Notes: a model not told the origin generated them from the letters alone. A stretch of DNA of 64,000 nucleotides from Adineta vaga (GCA_021613535.1 CP075493.1:17608001-17672000), one strand, 5' to 3'. Shown: positions 26,004 to 40,902, counted from the first letter of the stretch. Made by a program: numbers and translations.

Positions 26004-27863
26004 TCAATTGTATTTTGAAAATAAAAGATATTTTTGAAATATTTTCATACGATAAGTATTTTTAATTTCATCAATGTTAAAATATTCAATTAGTTTATTT
26101 AAATGTTCATGATTATATTTCGTTTCTTCCAAATGATATATAAGTAAGAATTTTAAATTTTGAAAATTATTCAATATTTCTTTGATAATATTTATACTTT
26201 CATTTGATATATTGAAAAATTCCATTGAATAAAAATGTATATATTGAACATTTGAAAAATAAATCGAAATATCTTTTAAAATTTGTTCAAATTTAATATT
26301 TTTTGGAGGATTAATCTTCAGATCTAATTGTTGAATTTTATTATTTAATATTGAAATTAATTCTGTTTCTATTGAAGAAATTTTTTCATCAATATCTAAA
26401 ATTAAATGATTTACATTTGGTAATATAAATATTAACCAATCTTTAATCATTGTAAGAGTTTGCCAATCCAAATGAATAGTTGTAACAGTATTTAAACAAA
26501 TATGATGTTTTTCACAATAAGAATAATTTTTATTATCAAGAGATTTGTAAGTATGATAAAAAGAAATTTGATGTAATTTCGGTAATTTTAATTGAAGTTC
26601 TTTTAAAAACTTCAAATCATATTTTGATTGTAATGGTAGAGAAATGAATTTAATAGAATTGGATAAGCAATGTATTTCAAGATTCTTTAATTTCATATCG
26701 TTATAAACATCATATATTTCTTCGAAATTCTCAAATTGATATGGTAATGTAAAGAAAATATGTCCACTTATTCCAAATGACCAGTTATGATTTGACCAAA
26801 ATGAATCATTAAAATTCGATAGAAAAACATTTTGATCAATTTCACAATCAGAAATATAACTAACAAGATGAAATTGTCGAAGATTTCTCATTTGTTCTAA
26901 TAAATCTTTAAGTTTTATATAATTGAATGGAAAATAATCGATTTTTTGTTTTCGTATTTTTCTTAAATCAATTGATAAACATATTAATGAAGATGAAAAT
27001 TGTTTTATAAAATATATTAATTGATCATAATCAATATCATAGTCCCAAAAATCAAATCTTAACGGATCTGATTTTTCTTTATGATATAAATTTAAAAATA
27101 ATTTTTTTAATTTAATATCAATCATTTTAGATTTAGTTTTGATATGATAAGGTGGATCAGATAAAAGATATAAATATTCTAAATTTGGTGTTTGTAATAA
27201 TATCGAATAAATATCTTCAAAATCATTTAATAATAATGTTAATGAATGTAAATTGAAATTGATTTCGAATAAATTTCTTTTATATATTGATAATGGTGAT
27301 GTGACAAATAAATATTGAAATGTTTCTAAAGAATTTTTCTTATTTAAAATTTTATTTAATAAATAATATTGTTTGGAATAATAATTATATAAACAACATT
27401 CCCAATTAGAACCAAGTTTTGTTTTTTCTATACGAAATGATTGTAAATAATCAAATTGTTCATTTGTAAAGATTAGGTCGAATTCTTCTTTAGGTAAACC
27501 ATATGGACAAGAAATAATTAAAGATTTTAAATTTGGAAAATGTGTCAATGGAAATGTTATATCGATAGAATTGATATTTAAATATTCAATTTGTGAATTA
27601 ATTACCGATAAAATATTTTCCCATATTTTCAGATTTGTTGTTGGTAATTTGAAATCAGTTAAATAATATTTATTTTTTAATATTAAATTATTAAATCGTT
27701 CATTAAAAAAGAAAAATGTATAAAGAATATCATTTGAAGATAAATAATTAAATATAAGAAAAAGAATTTCAGTTGGTAAAAGATTAAACCATGTTGTAGA
27801 TTTCATATTTATTGTATCCATCTTCAAGAATAACAATCGATATAGTGAATATTTTCCATTCAT
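26004..27863 (-). CDS. F-box protein (copy 2, intact)
   Basis: Identical 619-aa ORF. Confidence 0.85.
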   Translation of the reverse strand: MNGKYSLYRLLFLKMDTINMKSTTWFNLLPTEILFLIFNYLSSNDILYTFFFFNERFNNLILKNKYYLTDFKLPTTNLKIWENILSVINSQIEYLNINSIDITFPLTHFPNLKSLIISCPYGLPKEEFDLIFTNEQFDYLQSFRIEKTKLGSNWECCLYNYYSKQYYLLNKILNKKNSLETFQYLFVTSPLSIYKRNLFEINFNLHSLTLLLNDFEDIYSILLQTPNLEYLYLLSDPPYHIKTKSKMIDIKLKKLFLNLYHKEKSDPLRFDFWDYDIDYDQLIYFIKQFSSSLICLSIDLRKIRKQKIDYFPFNYIKLKDLLEQMRNLRQFHLVSYISDCEIDQNVFLSNFNDSFWSNHNWSFGISGHIFFTLPYQFENFEEIYDVYNDMKLKNLEIHCLSNSIKFISLPLQSKYDLKFLKELQLKLPKLHQISFYHTYKSLDNKNYSYCEKHHICLNTVTTIHLDWQTLTMIKDWLIFILPNVNHLILDIDEKISSIETELISILNNKIQQLDLKINPPKNIKFEQILKDISIYFSNVQYIHFYSMEFFNISNESINIIKEILNNFQNLKFLLIYHLEETKYNHEHLNKLIEYFNIDEIKNTYRMKIFQKYLLFSKYN

Positions 27864-28694
27864 ATATCATTTATATTGAGTACAGAACGGAAAAGAAAAA
27901 AAGAAAACTTTTTCTATGTCTCGAATGTCAATAAAATAAATTCGTTAACTTAAATTATTTCTTTTATTTCTCTCAGTTTTATATAACTTACTTACTATTT
28001 GAACAAAAACATAAAAGACTGAATTTTAAGAGTATAGATAAATATCAAACATTTTACGACAATACTTCAGTAATTTTGTTAAAGATTTATTCGAAAACCT
28101 TTCTCTTTGTTTGACATAATAAAACTATTTCTATGATTTATACAGCTTCTCTTATCTCTTTAGAACAAACACAATTGGGTGTGGGTGTGGGTATATCGGT
28201 TTCACTCACATCTACACCTACACCCCTCACCCACCCACCCACACCCTCAATAGAATCAAAATCTGATGGTGAATTTCTGGAAGATCATGGAATTCTGGAA
28301 CAAAGAGCGCCAGTTTGTGAAGATGGTGCAATCAATCCTATCGATTGCTATCAACATCTTGAGGGTGTGGTTGTGAGTATGAGTATGAGTATGAGTGTGG
28401 ACTAGACAACAGAACCACTCCCACACCCTCAATTCTGAATTTAAAAGATTCTTTTTCTAAATATAATGATTTATTGAAATAATTAAGAATAAAAATAAAT
28501 AAGTTATAAATAAATTCGTTGGTAAATAAGTATACAAAAGAAAAGAACTACTATGACGCATTTGGATCTGGTTAAAGTTTTTGTCAGATAGATAATTAAT
28601 CATGCATTATAAATTTGTTTTGAAAGCAAAACTCTATTGAAGTAATATAAAATGAAAGAAATGTTTATGTAATTTTGAAAATGAGCATCAATCT

Positions 28695-30401
28695 CTAATC
28701 TTCAAAATCCGACTTATGTTCGAGTTCAGCCATGAATTTCTCCTTTGATACAGATGGTTTCGTCTCTTGAATGACTGATAAACTCATGACAGGCTTGTGT
28801 CGATTCTCTACCGAGTAAATACCATGAAAGCCACCGACGATATAACACTGCGTTACTTTGCCGCTTTCCCCGTTTTTAAGCTTAACTGGAACACGAATAT
28901 TGGGTAGCTTTATATAAGTCGGATCGATCGTACGATCAGCCTCCAAACCAAACAGCTGCAGAACCCACCCAGTGATTAATTTTCCCGAGCCTCCATCGCC
29001 ATATCTAAGGCCCATATCTCGTGTGATATCACATACTTTAATCCAGAACTGTTTATTCACATTGCCTTGATAGGTTTTTATGAATTCATCGAAGATCGGC
29101 AAAATACCGTCGATATAGAGACGAAATTTGTCGTTGCTGAATGATCGTAATTGTTGCGCTTTCGTATAAAGTAATTGCCAGTCATTGAGAGTGCCTAAAA
29201 AGAGAAGCAGTATTCATTTAGCATTGCTCTGCAACACTATTTTCTTCAATAATATATTCTTCACTTCATTAAAAATTTTCTAGGATGCATCACACTATAT
29301 TTCATCAGATCGATCCGTATGATGCGTTATAGCGTTTTTCCGGAAATTACATGTATTCAGATATGAGACGAATTTCCCGGAAATCGAAAATAGCATTTTC
29401 CAAAAACTCTTCACAATCCAAGCGGTTATTCTAAACTCAATAACCAAAACTTTCATAGAGGGTGCCGCGAAGGGTGATGAGGGTTATATCTCGGTTTTAG
29501 GAAGGCTGCAACAACCGGTACAATGGATATATACTGCCTTATACTTCATCAATATAATGATTATGTCCACTATGAACATTGTTTTTAGTTTCCGTAATGG
29601 CCGTAATGGAGAATTTCCCGGAAAACGCTATAACGCATCAAATCGATTGATCTCAAAAGTTTCGAATATAGCTAGAACAATTAGTCGAAAAAAGACGTTC
29701 AGAAGGAACCACACGAGTAAGGTGTTCTTTATCAGAATGATTGAGATTATATATGTGGATATGACAAAGGTGTCTTTCACCCTCATATAGCTACCCATGA
29801 AATGCACTTGTCGGATGCCACAGATGCACATCATTCGGCGGTAGTCGAAGTAAGGTTTGAACGCATGCATAATACATGCCGTTGAAAGAATCGATTCGAC
29901 TTTGCCGGTGGTTGTAAAATCTGCCGCTAGCACATTACAAACATCACCTTTGACATTGTTCATTATTTTCACTTTCATTCCGTTGAAGAATTGATCCCAT
30001 TCCCTTTCTCCAAGAAGATCTGCAACAGTTAACTCTATTTTCCCTTCCTGATGCTCGACAAAGAGAGAGCGTAGTTGTTCAGCATTGTCATTGACATAAT
30101 CGGCAAACTTCATACACACTACCATCCACATATCATCTGGAGACAACACTAAATCATGGTGTTGATTGTAAGCCGAAATAAAAGCTTGTAACACAGCATT
30201 TGTCGATGTTTCTGTATGCGGTCCATTAGAAACTGTATATAAGGACGAATAATTTTGAAATGCTTTATGTGGACTTAAATCTTGATTTTCCTCGATTTTA
30301 GAAAGCCAGTGGTTTGTTACAGAAGATGATGATTGCTCGGATGGAAATCGAACTTTAGCAGGTTCAAGTTCATCATCGATAATAACAGTATGAAAAGACA
30401 T
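28695..30401 (-). CDS. DUF4419-family protein (next tandem copy)
   Basis: ORF translations identical to 13766-15472. Confidence 0.85.
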
Positions 30402-33400
30402 CTTATTTTCTCGTATTAGTCAACCAGACGCTTCTTACCTTTTTATATGCGTCAGAATAATGCAGACCGTATTATATGCCACGTCATGTAATAACACGTA
30501 AGTGTGTCGGATGATAAATATTTACTTCCTCTTTATTGTTTTTGTTACGTGGTGTAGATATTTTTCTGTGAGCCTATAGAATTCTTTGTTCTGTTCTTAT
30601 CGCCACATTACTCTATCGTTTCTTTCCAACAAACAGTAAGGCTTGAGAGAAAACAAGTTACATGACTTTTCTCTTGCACTGGATGCCGAACATGAATTAC
30701 ACAATAATTCACAAAACTGAATTTCAATATAATTACAAACTCTTATGAATTATATGGATATGTAACTATATACATATTTATATATATATATAATATATCC
30801 TATTTATATTGGCTAGGGTCTATAAGATTCTACCAGGGTCTGAGGGTGAGGGTGATGGTGGATGGGTAGGTGACGGTGTACCCACGGAAAAATAAACTAA
30901 GTGATACCGCAGTTTTTGACGGTTTGTAAATTGAAGGTTTGAAATAGTTATTATGAATCGCAAAAGTCAGACCTTTTATTAGGTTTTTTAAAAACCGCCA
31001 CAAATCGCGGTTCTTAACGGTTTTCGAGAAAATTCTAATTCATCGTAGTGGTATTTTATTTCTGCCATCTGTCCGATAATCCTTGATTTTCCATGTTCGC
31101 CACTAGTCTACGATCTCGACACGTTGATCTCATACCGCGGTCAACTCTTATAGTAGTATTATCTATTTTATATTTATCTACTTCTTGTTAGATTCGAACT
31201 TATTACCATATGGTGATGTTTATATTAAGATCAGATATAGTCTACCCAGGTCGACAAATCCGATATTCGATCCGATAGGACCCTATGGGATCCAACGTTC
31301 CTACAAAATCCTATCGGATTCCGATAGAATCCGGCATGGGATCCGATCGGATTGCTCGACCTGGGCACATCTAAGTTATTAACAAAATGATCACATCTCG
31401 ATTTTATTGACTAACAAAACAAGTTTATGTATTTTTCTGTATCTGAATAATCTACAAGCTTATTAATACTATCAGAAGTAGTCATCTGAATTAACTGTGG
31501 CTATAACGTATTCTATATACCCATATTTTCCAAAAAATCTGCTAAATCCTTAAGTATAATGTCTATTTACATTTCCTATTGATCTGGTTTATTTTCTGTG
31601 TAGCTTCACCTTTTTAAATTCTAACTGTTCTAATTTTAGTTGCACTATATTATCATTTGTTGCCATTTAATAAAAATACTCATTTTTGATTTAAAAATCA
31701 CATATATCTATACTGTAAAAAAGTGGGGAATGGACAACAATAAAAGCGTTTATGATGGTCTCGTAAACGTAAAAAAAGATTGATGAATTTTCATCGTATA
31801 AGGAACTCCGTTTTTATTGTATTTGACGAAGATATAAATCCCTTATGGATTTATGAATCACTTCAAAAAACAGAAAAAAAGGTTTATTATACGTTGTGAA
31901 TCGTCAAATCGTTATTTTTTATAACGTAGTTTTTTCCAACTTTCTATGTTGTAGGATGATGATAAATTTAGTTTTAATCGATGAGAAAATGTTTTTATAT
32001 CATACTGTGACTTTTAAGTGATAAGTTTTATTGATATAATCTTATTAGAAAAATAACGTTAGAAAATCCAGTCATGTTTCGAAAATAAACTGATTCAAAT
32101 AATGGTACTATTCGACATAATATACAGACCGCGGTTTCTAATAGAGATTTCGCGAATAAAAATACCGTAAAAGATGGAGGTTCTCTGATACCGCAAATAG
32201 TTGCCAGCATACCGTGTTTTTTCAAAATCTCGGTTTTCAATGGTGCATACACTGCGGTTTCATTCAAGTATATCGCGGTGCGTCTTCATGTCGGTGTAAC
32301 TTACCGCAGTTAATTGCGTTGGGTGTGGGTGGGTAGGTGATGACCTTCTAAGCTAACAAGTGGCTCTTTGGGGCATGGGTTCGCGGCAGACCCTAGTAGA
32401 AATAATGACACATATTATATAGATATCATTATATAGAAATATGAATTATTTTGTAATTCATTTCCGGCATGGACTCTTCTCTTGAGGGTGGGTGTGGGAA
32501 TATCTGTTTCACTCATATCTACACCCACACCTACCCACATCTTCAACGCCTTTTGGTGTAATGTTATATGGAGAGAATTGAAGATTAATCTTAAAGATGA
32601 TCTTTTTTCTTTGTTTTTATCAATATTAAATATACAATCGATATATAACTTAATTACATGATCTTAAATATAGAAATCAGTTTTCGATTTTATTAGATGA
32701 AGATATAACAGAATATAGTTTTTCTTTAAAAAATACATATACAACAGAAAAAACGATGCTTATGAAGATGAATTAATACACATTTTGATTTTTTTTTTCG
32801 TTTAAAATTTCAAATATAACTACTTTATGTTAGCTTATTTCTCCTTCAAAAGACTCCTGCACACTAGACACTAGTAAGCCGGACGAATTCGATAATAAGC
32901 TTGAGATCTATAATAGCTTGGTTAGTCATGTTTGATCCTACTTTAGTAATGGCGTTGTAGATTATTTGAATAAAGTCTTTAAAAAAGACTAACTTTTATT
33001 TCAAAAAAAAAATATACACGACTGATGTCGATCTAAGTTCAAAGACAACCGATCATCGGGGGATAGACTAGTTCAAAGATCAAACGGCCGACAAAATCAT
33101 TGAAAATAGAGAAGAAAGAGAAAGCAAAAAGAATATGTTGCTTGTGTGTGGATGAACCTCACATAAGACAACAGAACACGAAAAGAGAAAGTTAGCGATA
33201 ACGATATACTAACTGTTATCGCTAACACTTTGTATAATCGAAAAATATACGTTTTTAATTCAATCTTGACATTTATATGACATTCTATTCAATGATAGAT
33301 ATATAGTCAGTAATTTGTTTCTACTAACAACTGATTATATCTTGATTATTATGACTGTTGAAACAAAAAAGTGATCATTACGCAAATCTTTCCAAAATTA

Positions 33401-33634
33401 TTTATTAGAAAAAAAGCAAGAATATTGTTTTTAATGCGATGTACTGAAACGTTTGTCTCTGTGCCCAATTTTACTTGACAGATTTTTCATCAATTGACAA
33501 AGATTAGATAGTATCAGAAATTAATGATTATGTTCGCTTTTGGATACTTTATTTATGTTTCATGAGTAGAAGGATCAATACAAGAGAGAAATCAATCTGT
33601 CGATTCGAATTATAATTTAAAAAATGATTTTTGT

Positions 33635-35014
33635 TTATTTGTCGACAACATAAAATGTCTTTTTCTTGCTCATAAATCCCCATATAAAAGCTATCGCTTC
33701 ACAAATAGTTATAAATGGTATATTGACGAATACACAGATCATCTTAAATATAAAACGAAAATAATTCAATCGATGCGAGTGAAATGAATAAAAAGCTCCA
33801 ATAAGATAAAGATAGATTACCACTACACTAGTAAAATTGGTTAGACATTGAATAATTAATGGTAGATCAATTGAATATAATGGTGAGATAAAAAAGTATA
33901 AAGTGCTAAACAAGACACAGAAGGGGGAGTAAACAGATATTCCAAGATACAAACGTAACATAATGGGAAGTGTTTTATCATGTACAATAAGTAGAAGACC
34001 TTGAACCCATCGTTTTCGTTGGTGAATAAAATCATATAGAGTAAATGTTGATTTTTCTAACATTTCACCTTCAATCCAGTCAAATTTAAAACCAGATGAC
34101 ATAGCTTTCATAGCAAAATACATGTCTTCAGCTATTGATCCATTAGCACCATTATCAAATGTAATTGCTTGTTCACATTCTACTTTACAAACAATATATG
34201 AACCTTTAAACATAAATACTGGTAGATGAAATAATTTCAAGCAACATCTGAGAAGTCCTAAATCTATTCCTACTCGTAATGAATCACCTAATGTTGTCAT
34301 CTGATTAACAACACCATTACTATTATATGTTATTACTCCTTGTCCTATTGAATAGCCATTTTCGTTATTGATAAAATTTATAATACCATATAAACTATTT
34401 TTAGTTAAAAGTGTTTCTTCATCTAAATGAATTATCCAATCATTTTTATCAAGTAACTGTTGCTCGATAGCATACTGTAGTGCACGAGCTTTAAACAAAG
34501 AACCTTTTTTCGTACGATAATTTTTAGGCACCACAACTTGTCTTACTCTTGAATCATAGTTATCTAATATTTCCAAAGGTTTGTCTGTGACTAATTCTAA
34601 ACAAATATTAGTTAGGCCAATATTATCACATAGAAATAAATTATGTTTAATATTATCTCGGACAAGAAGAGGATAATCACCACGTGTAACAACACGAATA
34701 CATATTCTAGATGATAATTGTGGTGAATATTGTAAATATGGTTGCTTGAATATGTCAAAAAAAAGTAAACCAATCGTATTCATAATAGCCAATGGAAGTG
34801 TGAATAAAGGTAATAAACCAAAAGAATAAATTAAGGTAGTTATTAGTAAATCATATGATTTTTTAATGAAGGAAACTGTAATAGAAGTATTAACTTCAAG
34901 TGGTGATGATGATGAGAATGACGAACAAGTATAATAGCATAAACTTTCGAATATTGTTGTAAATATAATGAAACAGCATACATGTATAGCATGATAATAT
35001 CGAGAAAAACTCAT
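33635..35014 (-). CDS. egh: Beta-1,4-mannosyltransferase egghead/BRE-3, intact, intronless, 459 aa
   Basis: ICIRVVTRGDYPLLV, FKARALQY, WIIHLDEET, GQGVITY, GSIAED, QRKRWVQG and C-terminal FYVVDK; TM segments at both ends. Confidence 0.93.
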   Translation of the reverse strand: MSFSRYYHAIHVCCFIIFTTIFESLCYYTCSSFSSSSPLEVNTSITVSFIKKSYDLLITTLIYSFGLLPLFTLPLAIMNTIGLLFFDIFKQPYLQYSPQLSSRICIRVVTRGDYPLLVRDNIKHNLFLCDNIGLTNICLELVTDKPLEILDNYDSRVRQVVVPKNYRTKKGSLFKARALQYAIEQQLLDKNDWIIHLDEETLLTKNSLYGIINFINNENGYSIGQGVITYNSNGVVNQMTTLGDSLRVGIDLGLLRCCLKLFHLPVFMFKGSYIVCKVECEQAITFDNGANGSIAEDMYFAMKAMSSGFKFDWIEGEMLEKSTFTLYDFIHQRKRWVQGLLLIVHDKTLPIMLRLYLGISVYSPFCVLFSTLYFFISPLYSIDLPLIIQCLTNFTSVVVIYLYLIGAFYSFHSHRLNYFRFIFKMICVFVNIPFITICEAIAFIWGFMSKKKTFYVVDK

Positions 35015-37852
35015 TAAGCTACGTTACTAAAATCAAACAGAAAAAAATCAGTATAATTTATGGAACTATGGATAAGCTTAGTAAAGGTAGAGTAAAGATG
35101 AGGAGTTCTATTACAAATACGAATATTCTCATGAATGGCCTCCTTCTAATTTTCGAAACAAATGCAAAAATTATGAGTTACGTGTACCGAATTTTTCTAA
35201 CCCATGTAAACACCAGACGCAGGATAGCTGCGTCTCGTCGCGTCTGTGTTTGAAAATCGCATCGAGACGCGGCTTAAACTCAATTTTATCGCGTTCAAAT
35301 GCGTATTCATTTATAACCGCGTTCAGACGCGAACACCGAATAATTTTTCCTTGCGTGTAGACGCAACTTCATATAAAGTCGCGTTCAGACGCGATTGAAA
35401 AAATTTTGAGCTGCAATTAGACGCGATTTCGTATATAGACGCGTTCAGATGCAATTAAAATAGCTTTCAACTGCATCCAGACGCATTTATTAACAGAATC
35501 GCGTCTATAAGCGTTTTGCATTGCGAAAAATAACCGCGTCCAGTCGCAAATCATATTAGAATCGCATGCAAACGCATCTAAAATAAGTATCAAACGCGAC
35601 TAGATGCACCTTTGTGTCAAATAGTCTCTAAATGCGTTCAAGAACGTTTTCGAAGTGCGTCAAAACGCAAATTGAAAACATTTCAGTACGAGCTCTGTGC
35701 AAACCGCGGTTAAACGCACTTATTGGAAAATATTTCGGTGCTTTGAAGCGCGTTTATCTATCCTATTACATATCAACACATTTACTTCTAACGATATTAG
35801 TCAAATTTTTCTGTTAAAAATATTGCTTATCTTTCTTTTGAATACACGTATGTCGTTTTCCATGTCGAAAGACGTTGAAATGCAAAATACTGTATATCGG
35901 AGACCAAATAAATAGATAAGAACTGTTATTTGTACGTGTTTAGAAAGATTTTTAATAACCAATTGATATCTGTTTTTCAAATAAACTCTATCAATCTAAT
36001 TAAAATCCATAGGTTAACTGTATATATCTGATTTATCAAAACTTTTATTAGATTTTTATTGTTGTAAATTACATTTCAAATAAAATTAGAGATAGAAAAG
36101 ACAAAAAATATACAATTTTATTTGAAATTATTGTAAAAAATACGATAATGTGTCGTACTTTCTTCATATAGACAGAAGCAAACATTCTTATATTCATGTA
36201 TAGAAGTTCAGAAGTATTCAATCAAATACATATCGTTTTGAATAAGAATATATTTCGAGTAAGTATAGTTCAGTGGTGTATGTTCACGACTTCTGATCGA
36301 TGGTTCACATGTTCAAATCTGCTTCTGGTCATGTAAGTTAAAAATTCAATTCATAGGCTAGGGTAGGCTAAGACCATCAGGATATAATGTGGATGGCGAC
36401 TCCGTTCGAATCTGAGATGAATTGACAGATTTTTTGCCTAATTTTTAAATTTAAATAAAACGCGTCTAGACGCCCCGATTGTTTCATAGAGGACGCAGTT
36501 CCAAATCAAGGTGCGTTTAGACGCAACTAGTTTTCAATCGCGTTCAGACGCAGTTTATTCTGACTCGCATCTGGGCGCCTCGATTGTTTCACTGACGACG
36601 CGTATAGACGCGCTCAACTGCTTCGATTTAGACGCGTTCGGCACGCAGTCGAAACGCGTTTTGACTCAAAAAATGTTTACATGGGAAGAGGATCAATTTA
36701 CTAACACATAAACAGCTTATGTTTCTCTTCACAGAATTAACCGAATCAACATACATTTATTATTCATTCTAAAAAAAGAACGTCTTCACGTTGAGACATA
36801 GTTAAAAATGCTTTTTGTTTTCATAAAAATGATCGATAAATATTATGTAAATATTGTATGAATTTCTAATCATCATGCGTTTTAAAAGTAAATTAGTTAT
36901 AGAAAGGAAGAAGGAAAAAGCCAAGAGACATCGGTATTAATATCAGTCATCGACAAATTATTGTCAACAAATATTTTTTCGACAAGACATTTCGTCGACA
37001 AACGTTTCGTCGACAGACATTTCGTCGACAAGATATTTTATTGCCTAATATTAGAAGAGACAGTATTGGTGTTCAATGAGTAAATGTATCCATCATAGAG
37101 AACCACCCGCTTGCCTTTTGTCGTAACACTAAACTTGAGGGTAACCGTGCGAGTTGCCATAATGAAGAAGAAAGTGAAGAAGAATTTGTAAATATAATAA
37201 GAGAAGTCGATTGACCGACGCTATATCTATCAGCGAGCGACACTTGAGCCAATTAGTGGCAAAATACTTGTAATTTAGAACGAAGAAAGTTACATTGATC
37301 TCTTTTTTGTTACGTTCCAAAAGAGGAACAATTTTCATCAATTTGCTCAGTGCAAAATTGGATTATGAGTTTAGTTTTATTGATAAAGTAAATATACAAC
37401 CATGAGGACAAAAGATTGATTGTTCACGAAATATTTGTCGACAAACTATCTTGTCGACAAACTATCTTGTCGACAAACTATCTTGTCGACAAAATGTCTG
37501 TCGACAAAGTGTTGTCGACGAATGATATGTAATTCGAGACATCAAGGGAATATTGTAATATCATACACACTTATGAAATTAACGATATACATAAAGAAGA
37601 TTGAGAAGAAATAAATGTAACAAACATTAATAATGTAATTCTAGAAGAGAATTTTCACATAAAAGTATACGATACAAAATGAGATTGGGGGCAAATTGCG
37701 ATAAAACTAGATTTATTACATTTTTTATATATTTTTTTCTTCTCATCTCGCCTACAATGCTCTAAGAAAAAGAGTATCCAATAATATATAAATGAAGTTA
37801 ATGATATAAAAACCAGAAATCGATTGAGAAAAGTTTTCTATCAACGTATAAT

Positions 37853-40080
37853 ATGACGTGCGAAATGGCTCCTGAGTTCTTTATATGTCCAATTACTTAT
37901 GAATTGTTTAATGATCCCTTCATAGCTGCTGATGGTCATACGTATGAACGAGCAGCTATCGTTCAATGGATAGAACAAAGTGCAGGTACAAGTCCATTAA
38001 CAAGAGAGCGTATCACAGTAGAAGATCTACGTCCAAATCATAATATCCGATCAGCAGTTGAAGAATTTAAGAAACGTTCACAACATAAACAATATAAATT
38101 TGAACTTAATGTTGACATTAAACGAAAAGCATTGATAATACAATCGTTTGGTAAAATGATATACAAAGCTGAATGGATACCTAGTACAAGGGGACCACCA
38201 ATTATTCTATTACAAATTGATGGTTTTAGAGCAATGAGAGAGGCACAATTTTATGCTAAACTTGTTCATCCACAAATTGTTAGAACTTACGGACATCTTG
38301 AAACTGTGCAACAATCTGTAACTCTTGTACAAGAACGTGCGCCTAATGATTTACGTCAACTTCTTTCTAAGTTAAATCACCAACCATCCGAAGCTATACT
38401 TTGTGAAATGTTTATTCAGATAGCCAATGGAATGTCTTATCTAGCACGCATGAATATTGTTCATGGAGACTTAGCGTGTCGAAATATTATTGTTTTAACT
38501 ATGATGAAACAAATGTACAAAAATCTGTTGTTAAAATAACTGATTTTGGACTTAGTCGTTTTAGTAATCTATACATGACGGTAGGCAATACTGTATCTAA
38601 TAATATTGTTCCTATTCGCTACGCCGCTCCTGAAGTTTTAAACTCTCAAAGACCAGATGAAAAATCAGATATTTTTTCCATGGGTGTATTAATGTGGGAA
38701 GCATTTGAAAAGGGACAAATACCGTGGGTAGAGATAAACAATGATGCTGAAGTTAGTTGGCGAGTGATGAATGGTCAGAGATTAGCAAGACCCGCAACAT
38801 GTTTGAACGATAATATGTGGCGTCTAATTCAACAATGCTGGATGTTAGAAAAAGAAAATCGTCCACATTTTACAGATTTACGGAGAAGATTAGAGGAAAT
38901 ACTTTATCCCAGAAGACTATCAAATGGTACGTATATTATTTCAGGCAAAGAATGTTTACGGTACCAGTTTTCATTTTTAAGTTAACTCCATCACTCGTTG
39001 GTAATGTCCAGTTTTCAACGATCCACCAAATTCTAACGGGGCAAGTTTTTGAAATACGTATGCATAATTCTATAAGACATTTTAAACATCTTGTCAAAAT
39101 TGTAGATGCCTTCTAATCCAATTGTTATTATACCTCGAGAACATCCTAATACATTACCTCGCGAGAGTCCAAATATAAATCCAACACCAATACCACATCC
39201 AGATTGACGTAAAAAATTCAAAAAAATTGTAGTAAAACATAAATGTGTACTAATAATTGTATTATTTCTTACACTTGGAGCAAGCATTACATTGGGTGTT
39301 ATATTTGGACGAAAAGATTCAGGTAAATAAAATTAATTGTATAGATCTTATTCTTCTCTTCTGCATATTTTTTCGATCAACAGGAAAAGATAGACCCATA
39401 ATCCCATCTAATACTATTATGATTACTACTATCACAACAACTCCTATCCGTAAGTTATTCTGATAAAATCGAATATCATAGTATTATTGGTTCTTTTCTT
39501 ACTTTAACTTAGCTGATGTTATGCTCACGAAAATAAGTGATCGGGTTTTTGGAATCTGGAATACAGCTGTCGGTGGTCATAGCACACCGGCTATTTCATC
39601 TACTGCTGGAGCGTCTGGGAATTATGTACCCAGTGAACATCCTCAACTAATACTCGACAATGAAACATCGACAAAATATTTCAATCATGGCAATGGAAAC
39701 TTTAATGTTTACAGTATTACGAAAGGTGTTGGAACTGGCTTTTATATTACACCTTCAATGGGTCTATCAATCTTAAAAAGATTTCGAATTGCAACAGCTG
39801 ACGATCGTCCACTTGTGATTCATTGTCAATTACGATAGAGTGTAGTAATGCTACTGGCAATAGTCTAATAAATGGTTTCACCTGGCTTTTAATTCATAGT
39901 GGATCAACTGGATTACTGCTCGATCCAGATCGTCAAGAATTTGGTAACGATCAGTTTCTTAACAATAATAATATAGCATACAGAAGTTATCGTGTACTGA
40001 TAGCTTCACAACGTGGATCAGATAATGCCGTACAATATAGCGAATTTCATCTTCTTGGTTGGATTTTTTCATTAAGCTAG
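37853..40080 (+). CDS. U-box kinase gene, copy with frameshifts near 38490 and 39815
   Basis: ORFs split at single-base differences from copy 2. Confidence 0.7.
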
Positions 40081-40902
40081 TGATGTCTTGGTACAAAATA
40101 CTAATTGAAATAAAATGAGGGTGAGAATGTGAGTTTTTTCAAGAATAAAGATATCCACCGAATTAGACGAATTTATATCGAAAGTATATGAGGTGTGGGT
40201 GGGTGTGGGTATATCTTTTTACTTCACAACCACACCCACCCACCCACCCACCCACACTCTCAATTGAGTCGTAATGACGAACGTTACTTGTTAAATATTC
40301 ATCTTTAATCTGTATGAGACCATTCATTTCTTTTCTTATGTGTACATATTTGTTATTTTTCTGCCAAATATTTTTTTATCATTTACATCAAGATTATTAA
40401 AAATATGAATTTCTATCAAAATGAGTGAAATTTCATATGCATTCTATTGTCTAGTCAAAACATTACCTAAATTATTTCGATTAATATCGAATATATATGA
40501 ACAGAGTGTAATTATGAAATAAGTTACATAAGAATCTGTAATTCGGTACATTGTGTGTCTAACATTTCTTTATTACTGTTTATCATGTTGTCATATTTCC
40601 AAAACTTACCTACTGAAATGTATATATATATATATATTAATGATAATTTATTTGTATTCATCCTAGTCTAGAGAGTGAGTAATTGTAGTATATTGACACA
40701 CCAATCTCACCTTTACTCACCCTGTAAGAGAAATTTTGTCTATGTATTCAATACTATTAGGACTACAATAAGAAAAAGAAAATGGAACTGGCAAATATCT
40801 AATAAAGATAAAGCCTAACTTTATTTCTTTGAAATGTGTTTCATTAAATGGATAAAAATTAAAAGTTAGATTCGACGTATATTGAATGAATAAGTGATAT
40901 TT

